A stretch of 64,000 bases of DNA, taken from an uncultured beta proteobacterium. Its GTDB lineage: Bacteria > Pseudomonadota > Gammaproteobacteria > Burkholderiales > SG8-39. The notes under the pieces were generated by a model that did not search any database, had not been told where the DNA came from, and saw nothing but the letters and a program-made list of their open reading frames with translations. Made by a program: the position numbers and the translations under genes. The DNA is taken from the NCBI GenBank assembly GCA_963716855.1, contig CAVQUV010000006.1, forward strand, positions 39,342-103,341, in the 5' to 3' direction. Positions 31,061 through 41,115 of this stretch are shown here, in pieces (position 1 is the first letter of the stretch; each line of letters opens with the position of its first letter).

Positions 31061-33063
31061 CCGGCGTGCTGCTCCGCGCCGAAGGACTCCGGACCTCGCT
31101 CGACGCGAGCGGTGGCGAAGTGGTGCGCGCCCTCGACGGCGTGGATCTCGAGATCCAGCGCGGCGAGACCTTCGCGATCGTCGGCGAGTCCGGCTGCGGC
31201 AAGAGCATGACTGCGCTCACGCTGATGCGGCTCCTGCCGGAGCAGGGGCGGGTGGTGGGCGGCTCCGCGCGGCTGGATGGCACCGACCTGCTTGCTCTGC
31301 CCGAGGTGCGGATGCGCGACGTGCGCGGCGGGCGCATTGCGATGATCTTCCAGGAGCCGGCGACGAGCCTCAATCCGGTGCTGACCGTCGGCCGGCAGGT
31401 CGTGGAAGTCCTGGAGCGGCACGTCGGCCTGCGCGGGGAGGCGGCGCGCGCACGGGCCACGACCCTGCTCGACGCGGTGGGCATTGCCGACAGCGCGCGG
31501 CGGCTCGACGAATACCCGTTCCAGCTCTCGGGCGGGATGAAGCAGCGCGTCATGATCGCGCTCGCGCTCGCCGCGGAGCCGGAACTGCTCATCGCCGACG
31601 AGCCGACGACGGCGCTCGACGTGACGATCCAGGCGCAGGTGCTCGAGGTCCTCGCGCGGCTACAGCGCGAGCGGGGCATGTCGATCCTCCTCATCACGCA
31701 CGACCTCGGCGTGGTGGCCGGCATGGCGCACCGCGTCGCCGTCATGTATGCGGGGCAGATCGTGGAGAGCGGTCCGCGCGACGCGTTTTTCCGAACGCCG
31801 CAACATCCTTACGCACGCAAGCTCTTTGCGGCGCTGCCGGGCGCCGGGGCACGCGGTGCGTCGCTCGAAGTGATCCCGGGCCAGGTGCCCTCGCTCGCCG
31901 GCGAGTTCCGCGGTTGCCGGTTCGCGGATCGGTGCGAGGAGGCGTTCGAGCGCTGCCGGATCGAGCCCCCGGGGTGGACTCGCGTGGGGGAGGGGCATGT
32001 CGTGCGCTGCCATCTCCGCGAGCGCGGTGCCGCATCGGTGCTCGCCGCACGGCCGGCGGCGGAGACACGCCCCCGGAGCGAAGCGGATGCGCCGCCGCTG
32101 CTGGAGGTGCGCGACCTGAAGGTCCATTTCCCGATCCGCAGGGGCATCCTCAAGCGCACGGTCGGCCACGTGAAGGCGGTGGACGGCGTGTCGCTGTCGA
32201 TTCCCGCAGGCCGGACGCTCGCACTCGTCGGGGAGTCGGGCTGCGGGAAGACGACAGTGGGAAAGAGCGTCCTGCAGCTCTTCCGGCCCAGTTCGGGCGA
32301 CGTGCGGTTCGGCGGCGTGGAACTCACCCGCCTGCGCGGCGCCGCGCTACGCGTGCGCCGGGCGGACTTCCAGATCGTGTTCCAGGATCCGTACGCGTCG
32401 CTCAACCCGCGCATGCGGGTGCACGACATCCTGATGGAGGGGATGACCGCACTCGGCGTGCTCGCGTCGCGGCCGGCACGCGAGGCCCGCGTTCTCGAAC
32501 TGCTCGATCACGTGGGGCTGCCGGCGGACGCGCAATGGCGCTATCCGCACGAGTTCTCGGGCGGGCAGCGCCAGCGCATCGCGATCGCGCGCGCCCTGAC
32601 CGTGAACCCGAAGCTGCTCGTGTGCGACGAACCGACGAGCGCGCTCGACGTCTCGGTGCAGGCGCAGATCCTGAACCTCCTCAAGCGCCTGCAGCGGGAA
32701 ATGGGGCTCGCGTATCTCTTCATCACGCACAACCTCGGCGTCGTCGAATACCTCGCCGACGAGGTCGCGGTGATGTATCTCGGACGGATCGTGGAGCGCG
32801 GGACGGTCGCCGAGGTCCTCGGCAGCCCGGGGCATCCGTACACGCAGGCACTGCTTGCGGCGGTGCCGCGGCTGGATGGCGAGCGCTACACGGTGAAGGT
32901 GGAGGGCGAGCTGCCCTCGCCGGTCTCGCCCCCGTCGGGCTGTCACTTCCACCCGCGCTGTCCGCATGCGGCGGCGACCTGCCGTGCAGCGTACCCCGAG
33001 ACGGCGCGGATCAGCGCGACGCACGAGGTGCGCTGCGTGCTCTACCGAAGCGAATCGGGCTAG
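31057..33063 (+). CDS. ABC transporter ATP-binding protein with two fused ATPase domains (DppD/DppF or YejF-like)
   Basis: GTG 31057 (GTGA overlap). 668 aa. Two Walker A motifs (GESGCGKS x2), signatures LSGGMKQR and FSGGQRQR, and two oligopeptide-type C-terminal Cys motifs. Confidence 0.9.
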   Translation: MTGVLLRAEGLRTSLDASGGEVVRALDGVDLEIQRGETFAIVGESGCGKSMTALTLMRLLPEQGRVVGGSARLDGTDLLALPEVRMRDVRGGRIAMIFQEPATSLNPVLTVGRQVVEVLERHVGLRGEAARARATTLLDAVGIADSARRLDEYPFQLSGGMKQRVMIALALAAEPELLIADEPTTALDVTIQAQVLEVLARLQRERGMSILLITHDLGVVAGMAHRVAVMYAGQIVESGPRDAFFRTPQHPYARKLFAALPGAGARGASLEVIPGQVPSLAGEFRGCRFADRCEEAFERCRIEPPGWTRVGEGHVVRCHLRERGAASVLAARPAAETRPRSEADAPPLLEVRDLKVHFPIRRGILKRTVGHVKAVDGVSLSIPAGRTLALVGESGCGKTTVGKSVLQLFRPSSGDVRFGGVELTRLRGAALRVRRADFQIVFQDPYASLNPRMRVHDILMEGMTALGVLASRPAREARVLELLDHVGLPADAQWRYPHEFSGGQRQRIAIARALTVNPKLLVCDEPTSALDVSVQAQILNLLKRLQREMGLAYLFITHNLGVVEYLADEVAVMYLGRIVERGTVAEVLGSPGHPYTQALLAAVPRLDGERYTVKVEGELPSPVSPPSGCHFHPRCPHAAATCRAAYPETARISATHEVRCVLYRSESG

Positions 33064-34580
33064 GACGCCGAGGATCGCCGCGCGACCTGCGCGGGCGGCG
33101 TGGGCTGGGCTGGCGGCGGCGTCTTTGCAGTCGCCTTGCCGCCGGCGGGTTTGGTCTTCTTCGCGGCGCTCTTGGTCGGCACGAGGCGTCGAGCCGCGCG
33201 ATCGCGATGCTCAGCGTACTGGCCGATCGCAAGCTGATCGCCGCCGTTGGCGGCACGCACGTCGGCGAGCTTCGCGCCGAGCGCGCGGGCGATCGTCGCG
33301 ACCGTGTCGCCCTTCTTGACCGTGTAGTGCACGATGCGGCCACCCGCGGCAACAGGCGGCGCGAAGATCGGCGGCAGCGGCTCGCTCGCGGCGGCGCTGC
33401 CTTTCTCGGGCAGGAGCAGCTGCTGACCGATGGCGGGATTCGCCTTCGCCCGCAGGCCGTTCACCGCGCGCAGTCGCTCCGCCGTCATGCCGTGTTCGGC
33501 GGCGATCTTATCGAGCCGGTCACCGGGCTTGAACGTGTACACGTGCCACGACGAGAGCGGATTGACGTGGCCCTCGAGGTTCTGCAGGAACACCTCGGCG
33601 CGATCGGCCGGCAGCACCAGCTGCGGCGCCAGGGCGGCCGCGACCACCGGCCGATTGTGGGCCGGGTTCAGCGCGACCAGCTCGTCCACCGGCATCTCGG
33701 CGAGCTTCGCGGCGACCTTGAGGTCGATGTCGCGCGTCAGCGTCACGGTGACAAAGTAGGGCGCATTGGGAATCGGGTCGAGCTCGACGCCGGATGCAGC
33801 GGGATTCGCGATGATGTTCTTGAACGCTTGCAGCGACGGGACGTAGTACCGGGTTTCCTTCGGAATCGCGACCGACTCGTAGTCGGTCGCCTTGCCGCGC
33901 GCACGGTTGCGCTCGACGGCCCGCGCGAGTCCGTTCTCGCCCATGTTGTACGCGGCCAGAGCCAGGTGCCAGTCGCCGAACTGATCGTGCAGCGATTGCA
34001 GATAGTCGAGCGCGGCGCCGGTCGAGGCCATGATGTCGCGCCGGCCGTCGTACCACCAGTTCTGCTCGAGGTTGTAGTTGCGCCCGGTCGACGGGATGAA
34101 CTGCCACAGGCCGGAGGCGTGGGCGCGCGAGTAGGCCATCGGGTTGAACGCGCTCTCGACCATGGGCAGCAGCGCGAGCTCGGTCGGCATGCCGCGGCGC
34201 TCGAGCTCCTCGACGATGTGGAAGAGATAGCGCCGGCTGCGCTCGACGATGATCCGGATCTGTTCCGGCCGCTGCGTGTACCAGGCCTGGCGCTGGACCA
34301 CGAGCGGTCCGGTGAGGTCGGGCATTGCGAAGCCGCCCCGGATGCGCTGCCAGAGGTCGGTGGGGCCCGCCGCCGGCTCCGCGCCGCGCGTGCCGAGGTC
34401 GCGGATCTCGCGCACCTCGAGGCCATTCACGTCCCACTCGGTGCGCTCTCGTGCGGATGTAACGAGCGCCGCGTCCGGCAGATCGTGAAGCGAGGAGTCG
34501 ATGGCGAAGGCGGGCGCCCCCACCGTGAAGGCGAGGATCAGCAGAACCGCAGGAACATTGCGCGCGTGCGGGAAGCTCAC
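33060..34580 (-). CDS. mltD: membrane-bound lytic murein transglycosylase D-like (SLT domain + LysM repeats)
   Basis: GTG 34580 with AGGAGG 6 nt upstream. Signal peptide, SLT core LLPMVESAFNPMAYSRAHASGLWQF, C-terminal LysM modules (HYTVKKGDTVATIARALG). Confidence 0.85.
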   Translation of the reverse strand: MSFPHARNVPAVLLILAFTVGAPAFAIDSSLHDLPDAALVTSARERTEWDVNGLEVREIRDLGTRGAEPAAGPTDLWQRIRGGFAMPDLTGPLVVQRQAWYTQRPEQIRIIVERSRRYLFHIVEELERRGMPTELALLPMVESAFNPMAYSRAHASGLWQFIPSTGRNYNLEQNWWYDGRRDIMASTGAALDYLQSLHDQFGDWHLALAAYNMGENGLARAVERNRARGKATDYESVAIPKETRYYVPSLQAFKNIIANPAASGVELDPIPNAPYFVTVTLTRDIDLKVAAKLAEMPVDELVALNPAHNRPVVAAALAPQLVLPADRAEVFLQNLEGHVNPLSSWHVYTFKPGDRLDKIAAEHGMTAERLRAVNGLRAKANPAIGQQLLLPEKGSAAASEPLPPIFAPPVAAGGRIVHYTVKKGDTVATIARALGAKLADVRAANGGDQLAIGQYAEHRDRAARRLVPTKSAAKKTKPAGGKATAKTPPPAQPTPPAQVARRSSAS

Positions 34581-34803
34581 TCGCCCTCCTAAAGGCTCGC
34601 GCGATGATACGGAGGGGGCCACCACACGGTCAAGGAAAACCCGGCTGTCGGGGGCCCCCGGCGGGAGCGCGCGAGCACTATTCCACTGTCATTCACCGGC
34701 GTTGTGGTGTGCGCTGCGGTAGCGCGGCGCGAGGCCGGCGCAGGCGCGCATCCGCGCCGTACGCAAAGGGCGTGCCCGTGCAGAACAGCATGATTGCGCG
34801 ATA

Positions 34804-35649
34804 ATGCCGGGCGCTGGTGCCGTCGAAGGAATCGATTTGCAGCCCGTGGAAACCGCAACGCTGACGGAGTGGTTCGAGAGCTCGAAGGGCGCGTACGTGC
34901 TCGACTGGGAGCGCTCGCAGTACGACAGCGCGGTCGAGGACGTCTTCGGCTACAACGCGCTGCAGATCGGGCTGCCGGAGGTCGACTTCCTGCGCGCGAA
35001 CCGGATTGCCCTGCGCGTGACGGCCGGCCTCGCGCCCGGCTGCGCGCTGCGCGCCGACCCGCGCCAGCTTCCGCTCGCGTCTCAAAGCGTGGACCTCGTC
35101 GTGCTGCCGCACGTGCTGGAGTTCGATCCGGACCCGCACCAGATCCTCCGCGAGGCCGAGCGCGTCCTGATGCCGGAAGGGCAAATCGTCATCTCCGGGT
35201 TCAACCCGCTCAGCCTGTGGGGGCTCAAGCGGAGGCTGTGGGGAAAGCGCACCGAATACCCGTGGTGCGGCGATTTCATCGGCCTGCTGCGGCTGCGCGA
35301 CTGGCTGAAGCTGCTCGGTTTCGAGCTCAACGGCGGGCGCTTCGGGTGCTACGCGCCGCCGGTAAACCAGACGAAGTGGATGCAGCGCTTTGCGTTCATG
35401 GAGAAGGCGGGCGACCGTTGGTGGCCGATCTGCGGCGGCGTGTACGTGGTGCGCGCGGTCAAGCGCGTGCAGGGCATGCGCCTCGTCACGCCCGCGTGGA
35501 AGAACGGCGGCGCGAAGGTGCGGGCGCTGGCGACGGTTGCGCGGCGCGACCCCGCGCCGGAGGTGAACGTCGCGCACGGACGTCGGGCCGCGGGGCACTT
35601 GCGGCTGATCGTGGGCGGCGCGGGCGATCCCAGGCCCGAGAGCGAGTGA
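34804..35649 (+). CDS. class I SAM-dependent methyltransferase (YafS-like, conserved next to rnhA)
   Basis: 281-aa ORF. ...[40 protein letters not shown]... The start is ambiguous: TTG 34837 has AAGGA 6 nt upstream and may be the true start. Confidence 0.75.
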   Translation: MPGAGAVEGIDLQPVETATLTEWFESSKGAYVLDWERSQYDSAVEDVFGYNALQIGLPEVDFLRANRIALRVTAGLAPGCALRADPRQLPLASQSVDLVVLPHVLEFDPDPHQILREAERVLMPEGQIVISGFNPLSLWGLKRRLWGKRTEYPWCGDFIGLLRLRDWLKLLGFELNGGRFGCYAPPVNQTKWMQRFAFMEKAGDRWWPICGGVYVVRAVKRVQGMRLVTPAWKNGGAKVRALATVARRDPAPEVNVAHGRRAAGHLRLIVGGAGDPRPESE

Positions 35650-35662
35650 CGCCGTCCGCAGC

Positions 35663-36106
35663 GTGACCGACGTCGTCCGCATCTACACCGACGGTGCCTG
35701 CAAGGGCAATCCCGGTCCCGGCGGGTGGGGCGCGCTGCTCCGCGCGGGGGCGCACGAGCGCGAACTGTTCGGCGGCGAGCGCGACACCACCAACAATCGC
35801 ATGGAACTCACCGCGGTCATCCGCGCGCTCGAGGCGCTCAAGGGGCCCTCGCGTGTCGAGGTCTACACCGATTCGGAGTACGTCAAGAACGGCATCACCG
35901 AGTGGCTGCCCAACTGGAAGCGGCGCGGCTGGAAGACCGCCGACCGCAAGCCGGTGAAGAACGTCGACCTTTGGCAGGCGCTCGAGGCGGCGGCGGCGCG
36001 CCATCAGGTGCACTGGCACTGGGTCCGCGGCCACGTCGGTCACGCGGAGAACGAGCGCGCCGACGCGCTCGCGAACCGCGGCGTGCCGATGTCCGGCGCA
36101 AGGTGA
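35663..36106 (+). CDS. rnhA: ribonuclease HI
   Basis: 147 aa. [39 protein letters not shown]. Confidence 0.95.
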   Translation: MTDVVRIYTDGACKGNPGPGGWGALLRAGAHERELFGGERDTTNNRMELTAVIRALEALKGPSRVEVYTDSEYVKNGITEWLPNWKRRGWKTADRKPVKNVDLWQALEAAAARHQVHWHWVRGHVGHAENERADALANRGVPMSGAR

Positions 36107-36113
36107 CGGTACG

Positions 36114-37283
36114 GTGTCGCCGCGCCGCTCGCTGTTCATCGTTCTGCCGCTGGTTCTCCTGGCAGCGCTGGCCGCATACGCGTACTACATCAACCGCGCG
36201 CCCACCACGGGGACGGCGGGCGGTCCACCCGGGCCAGGCGCGGGCGCGAAGGGGTCCGGCGGGCCCGTGGCCGTCGAGGTCGCGAAGGTCGCGACCACCA
36301 CCGTGCAGGAGGACGTCGACGCCGTCGGAACCCTGCGCTCGAACGAGTCGGTGGTCGTGCGCCCGGAGATCTCGGGACGCATCGAGCGCCTGAACTTCAC
36401 CGAGGGGGCAGCGGTGCAGAAGGGCCAGGTCATCGTCGCGCTCGACGACTCGGTGCCGGCGGCGGAACTCGCGCAGGCCAAGGCCAACCTCGCGCTCGCG
36501 GAGAGCAACTACCAGCGGACGCAGGAGCTCGAGAAGCAGAAGTTCGTCAGCGCGACCGCGAAGGACCAGGCGTTGAACGGGCTGCGCGTGGCGCAGGCGA
36601 ACGTCCAGCTCGCCGAGGCGCGTCTGGCGAAGACCAAGATCGTGGCGCCCTTCGGCGGCGTCATCGGCATCCGGCAGGTGAGCGCGGGCGACTACGTGAA
36701 AGAGGGCCAGGATCTCGTCACGCTGGAGGACATCGCCGCGCTCAAGGTCGACTTCAGGGTGCCCGAGCAGCTCCTCGCCGCGCTGCGCCCCGGCCAGGCG
36801 GTGGAGATGTGGAGCGACGCGCTGCCCGGCCGCAAGTACGTCGCGACCGTCGATGCGATCGATCCCCTCGTCGACCAGGCCGGGCGCGCGGTGCTGCTGC
36901 GCGCACGCCTTCGAAACAGCGACGGACAGCTCCGGCCGGGCATGTTCGTGCGCACGCGGCTGATCATGTCGCAGCGCCAGAACGCGCTGACCGTGCCGGA
37001 GGAGGCGCTCGTGCCGGTTGGCGCGGACCAGTTCGTCTATCGCGTGGTCGACGGCAAGGCGCAGCGGGTGAAGATCCGGACGGGCGTCCGGCGCGCCGGC
37101 ACCGTCGAGGTGGTCGAAGGGCTCGCGGCCGGCGACTCGGTCGTCACCGCGGGCCAGCTCAAGCTCCGCGACGGGGTGCCGGTCGCGGCGGGCGGGCCGG
37201 GCGGCAATCCGTCCGCGCCGCCGGTCGCCGAGAAGCAGGAGAAGCCTGCACCGACGCCGGCCGGCGGCAAGGCGGGCGGCTGA
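36114..37283 (+). CDS. efflux RND transporter periplasmic adaptor (MFP) subunit
   Basis: 389 aa. N-terminal TM, coiled-coil/lipoyl/beta-barrel pattern (...VVVRPEISGRIERLNFTEGAAVQKGQVIVALDD...AKTKIVAPFGGVIG...). Confidence 0.9.
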   Translation: MSPRRSLFIVLPLVLLAALAAYAYYINRAPTTGTAGGPPGPGAGAKGSGGPVAVEVAKVATTTVQEDVDAVGTLRSNESVVVRPEISGRIERLNFTEGAAVQKGQVIVALDDSVPAAELAQAKANLALAESNYQRTQELEKQKFVSATAKDQALNGLRVAQANVQLAEARLAKTKIVAPFGGVIGIRQVSAGDYVKEGQDLVTLEDIAALKVDFRVPEQLLAALRPGQAVEMWSDALPGRKYVATVDAIDPLVDQAGRAVLLRARLRNSDGQLRPGMFVRTRLIMSQRQNALTVPEEALVPVGADQFVYRVVDGKAQRVKIRTGVRRAGTVEVVEGLAAGDSVVTAGQLKLRDGVPVAAGGPGGNPSAPPVAEKQEKPAPTPAGGKAGG

Positions 37284-37284
37284 G

Positions 37285-40200
37285 ATGGTCCTCTCCGATC
37301 TGTGCATACGCCGACCGGTTCTGGCGACGGTGATCAACCTGGTCGTCGTCCTGCTCGGAATCGTGTGCTACCAGCGGCTGCCCGTGCGCGAGTACCCTAA
37401 GATCGACGAGCCGGTGGTCACCGTCGAGACGAAGTACCGCGGCGCGAGCGCCGAGATCATCGAGTCGCGGGTGAGCAAGGTGCTCGAGGATTCGCTCGCC
37501 GGCATCGAGGGGGTGGACGTGCTCACCTCGATCAGCCGCGCCGAGAGCAGCCAGATCACCGTGCGGTTCCGCCTCGAGCGCAACCCCGACGCGGCGGCGA
37601 GCGACGTGCGCGATCGCGTGGCGCGCGTCCGCGGCCGCCTGCCCGAGGACATCGAGGAGCCGGTGATCGCGAAGGTGGAGGCCGACGCCAACCCGATCAT
37701 CTGGCTCGCCTTCTCGAGCGACCGCTACTCGCCGCTCGAGGTCAGCGACTTCGCGAGCCGGCTCGTGAAGACGCGCCTGCAGACGTTGCCGGGCGCGGCC
37801 GACGTGCGCGTGTTCGGCGAGCGCCGCTACTCGATGCGGGTCTGGCTCGACCGCAACAAGCTGGCGGCGTACCGGCTCACGCCGCAGGACGTCGAGGACG
37901 CGCTGCGCCGGCAGAACGTCGAGGTCCCGGCCGGAAGGATCGAGAGCCGGGCACGCGAGTTCTCGGTGGTGGCCGAGACCGACCTCGCGCGTCCCCAGCA
38001 GTTCGACGACGTGATCGTCAAGTACGTCAACAACTACCCCGTGCGGATCCGCGAGGTCGGACGCGTCGATATCGGCGCCCTGGACGAGCGCTCGGTCGTC
38101 CGCTTCAACGGGAAGCCGGCGGTGGCGCTCGGCGTGATCAAGCAGGCGACCGCGAACCCGCTCGAGCTGTCGCTGGCGATCCGCGCCGAGCTGCCGAGCG
38201 TGCTCGCGGACCTGCCCGAGGGCGTCGCGGTGAACATCGCGTACGACTCGTCGGTGTTCATCGATCGGTCGATCAAGGCCGTCCTGCGCACCATCGGCGA
38301 AGCGATCGCGCTGGTGGCGCTCGTGATCTTCGTGTTCCTGCGCTCGGTACGGGCATCGCTGATCCCGCTCGTGACCATCCCGGTGTCGCTCGTCGGAGCG
38401 TTCGGGGTGATGTATCTCTTCGGATTCAGCGTCAACACCCTGACCCTGCTCGCGCTGGTGCTCGCGATCGGGCTGGTCGTGGACGACGCGATCGTCATGC
38501 TCGAGAACATCTTCCGGCACGTCGAGAACGGCATGCCGCCCTTCCAGGCGGCGCTCGTCGGCGCGAAGGAGATCGGGTTCGCGGTCGTCGCCATGACGCT
38601 CACGCTCGCCGCGGTGTACGCCCCGATCGCCTTCATGACCGGACGGACGGGGAAACTCTTCATCGAGTTCGCGTTGACCCTCGCCGGCGCGGTGCTCGTG
38701 TCGGGGTTCACCGCACTCACCCTTTCGCCGATGATGTGCTCGAAGCTCCTGCGTCACGAGCCGCGGCATGGCTGGCTGTACAACGTCGTCGAGCGCGGGC
38801 TGACCGGACTCACTCAGGGCTACCGGCGCGCCCTGGTGGCGTCCCTGGGGGCGCGCTGGCTGGTGCTCGTCGTCGGTGCGGCGGTCGCGAGCGCGAGCGT
38901 GTTCTTGTACTTTGCGCTCAAGCAGGAGCTCGCGCCCGTCGAGGACCGCGGTGTCGTGCTCGGCGTGTTCGTCGGACCCGAAGGCGCGACGATCGACTAC
39001 ACCGACCGGTACGGGCAGCAGCTGGAAAAGATCTACGCGAGCACCAAGGACTCCGAACGCTACTTCGTCGTCTCGGGCAACCCGGTCGTGTCGCAGGGCA
39101 TCTCGTTCCTCGGCCTGACCGACTGGGACGAGCGCAACCGCAAGTCGATGGACGTCCAGCGCGAGCTCGCGCCCAAGCTCTTCGCGCTGCCCGGCGTCAT
39201 GGCGTTCCCCATCCTGCCGCAGTCGCTCGGCCAGAGCCCGCGTTCCAAGCCGGTGGAGGTCGTCATCGTGAGCTCGTCGACCTACGAGGAGCTCGAGAAG
39301 ATCGTCGACCGCGTCATGGCGCAGGCGCAGAAGAACCCCAACCTGCTCAACGTCGAAACCGACCTGAAGCTCAACAAGCCGGAGATCAAGGTGCAGGTCG
39401 AGCGCAACCGCGCCGCGGATGCCGGCGTGCAGGTGGAGGCGGTCGGCCGGGCGCTCGAGACGATGCTGGGCGGGCGGCAGGTCACGCGCTTCAAGCAGGC
39501 GGGGGAGCAGTACGACGTGATCGTGCAGATGGTCCCCGCGGACCGCACCAACCCCGAGGACATCAGCAACATCTTCGTGCGCGGCCGCAACGACTCGATG
39601 GTGCCGCTGTCGAGCCTGGTCACTTCCAGGGTCGCGGTGGCCCCGCGCGAGCTGAACCACTTCGGCCAGCGGCGCTCCGCGACGATCACCGCGAACCTCG
39701 CGCCGGGCTATTCCCTCGGCGAGGCGCTCGACTTCATGGAAGGACTGGTCCGGCAGGAGCTTCCGCCGGGCGCCGCGCTCGACTACAACGGCGTATCGCG
39801 CGAGTTCCGCGTGTCGTCGGCCGGCCTGTACTTCACCTTCCTGTTGGCGCTCGGCTTCATCTACCTCGTGCTGGCCGCGCAGTTCGAGAGTTTTCGCGAT
39901 CCGTTCATCATCATGCTGACGGTGCCGCTTTCGATGACCGGCGCGCTCGCGGCGCTCTATCTGAGCGACAGCACGCTGAACGTCTACAGCCGCATCGGGC
40001 TGGTCACGCTCGTCGGCCTGATCACGAAGCACGGCATCCTGATCGTCGAGTTCTCGAACCAGTTGCAGATGCAGGGCCGGAGCGTCCGCGACGCGGTAGT
40101 CGAGGCCGCCGTGCTGCGCCTGCGCCCGATCCTGATGACGACCGGCGCGATGGTGCTGGGTGCGATCCCGCTCGCGCTTGCGCACGGCGCGGGCGCCGAG

Positions 40201-40362
40201 AGCCGGAAGCCGATCGGCTGGGTGATCGTCGGCGGCCTGCTCCTCGGCACCCTGCTCACGCTGTTCGTCGTGCCCACCGTCTACACCTTGCTCGCGCGCC
40301 GGCACCACGGCCCGGCGGAAGCGGCAAGCGAGGCCGAACCGGCCGCGCCCGCGCACGCATGA
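37285..40362 (+). CDS. efflux RND transporter permease subunit (AcrB/MdtB-type)
   Basis: 1025 aa. MVLSDLCIRRPVLATVINLVVVLLG..., 12-TM/two-large-loop architecture, ...GLVVDDAIVMLENI... Confidence 0.95.
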   Translation: MVLSDLCIRRPVLATVINLVVVLLGIVCYQRLPVREYPKIDEPVVTVETKYRGASAEIIESRVSKVLEDSLAGIEGVDVLTSISRAESSQITVRFRLERNPDAAASDVRDRVARVRGRLPEDIEEPVIAKVEADANPIIWLAFSSDRYSPLEVSDFASRLVKTRLQTLPGAADVRVFGERRYSMRVWLDRNKLAAYRLTPQDVEDALRRQNVEVPAGRIESRAREFSVVAETDLARPQQFDDVIVKYVNNYPVRIREVGRVDIGALDERSVVRFNGKPAVALGVIKQATANPLELSLAIRAELPSVLADLPEGVAVNIAYDSSVFIDRSIKAVLRTIGEAIALVALVIFVFLRSVRASLIPLVTIPVSLVGAFGVMYLFGFSVNTLTLLALVLAIGLVVDDAIVMLENIFRHVENGMPPFQAALVGAKEIGFAVVAMTLTLAAVYAPIAFMTGRTGKLFIEFALTLAGAVLVSGFTALTLSPMMCSKLLRHEPRHGWLYNVVERGLTGLTQGYRRALVASLGARWLVLVVGAAVASASVFLYFALKQELAPVEDRGVVLGVFVGPEGATIDYTDRYGQQLEKIYASTKDSERYFVVSGNPVVSQGISFLGLTDWDERNRKSMDVQRELAPKLFALPGVMAFPILPQSLGQSPRSKPVEVVIVSSSTYEELEKIVDRVMAQAQKNPNLLNVETDLKLNKPEIKVQVERNRAADAGVQVEAVGRALETMLGGRQVTRFKQAGEQYDVIVQMVPADRTNPEDISNIFVRGRNDSMVPLSSLVTSRVAVAPRELNHFGQRRSATITANLAPGYSLGEALDFMEGLVRQELPPGAALDYNGVSREFRVSSAGLYFTFLLALGFIYLVLAAQFESFRDPFIIMLTVPLSMTGALAALYLSDSTLNVYSRIGLVTLVGLITKHGILIVEFSNQLQMQGRSVRDAVVEAAVLRLRPILMTTGAMVLGAIPLALAHGAGAESRKPIGWVIVGGLLLGTLLTLFVVPTVYTLLARRHHGPAEAASEAEPAAPAHA

Positions 40363-41072
40363 GGCAGATCGTTCTCGACACCGAGACGACCGGCCTGAAC
40401 GCGCGGCTCGGCGACCGGATCATCGAGATCGGGTGCATCGAGCTGGTGAACCGCCGGCCGACCGGCAACCATTTCCACCGCTACCTCAACCCCGAGCGCG
40501 AGATCGAGGAGGGCGCGCTGCGGGTGCACGGCATCACCAACGAGTTCCTGCAGGACAAGCCGCGGTTCGGCGACATCGCACGCGAGTTCGTCGAGTACGT
40601 CGCGGGCGCCGAGCTGATCATCCACAACGCGGCGTTCGACGTCGAGTTCCTCAACGCCGAGTTCGAGAAGGCCCGGCTGGCGCCGGTCGAAAAGCACGTG
40701 TCGGCGGTGCTCGACACGCTGCGCCAGGCGCGCGAGCTGCATCCGGGCAAGAAGAATTCGCTCGACGCCCTGTGCGAGCGCTACCAGATCGACCACTCCC
40801 ACCGCACGCTGCACGGCGCGCTGCTCGACGCACAGCTGCTCGCGGAGGTCTATCTCGCCATGACGCGCGGCCAGGAGAGCCTGGCAATCGAGCTCGACGG
40901 CCCGACGGGCCCCGTGCCAGCGGCGTGGACGGAGCGCAGGGGCGGCGAGCGTCCGCGGCTCGCGGTCGTGCGCGCGAGCGTGGCGGAGGCGGCGGAGCAC
41001 GCCCGGATCCTCGAGTCGATTGCGAAGGATTCCAAGGGCAAGCTGGTGTGGGCGGTGGACCCGGCGCAGTGA
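40359..41072 (+). CDS. dnaQ: DNA polymerase III epsilon subunit (3'-5' proofreading exonuclease)
   Basis: ATG 40359 overlaps the RND stop (ATGA). 237 aa. Exo motifs VLDTETTGL, HNAAFDVEFL, HGALLDAQLLAEVY. Confidence 0.95.
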   Translation: MRQIVLDTETTGLNARLGDRIIEIGCIELVNRRPTGNHFHRYLNPEREIEEGALRVHGITNEFLQDKPRFGDIAREFVEYVAGAELIIHNAAFDVEFLNAEFEKARLAPVEKHVSAVLDTLRQARELHPGKKNSLDALCERYQIDHSHRTLHGALLDAQLLAEVYLAMTRGQESLAIELDGPTGPVPAAWTERRGGERPRLAVVRASVAEAAEHARILESIAKDSKGKLVWAVDPAQ

Positions 41073-41115
41073 TCTATACTTTCCCGTCCAGGTTCCCAAC
41101 GAGCAGCCGCGCGCC

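Noticed and set aside
34581-34803. The 223-bp gap between mltD and the methyltransferase, examined for a gloB remnant or a structured RNA.
   Set aside because: No frame shows coding bias or metallo-beta-lactamase motifs (HxHxDH). I see no convincing conserved-looking fold. I treat it as a divergent promoter region.
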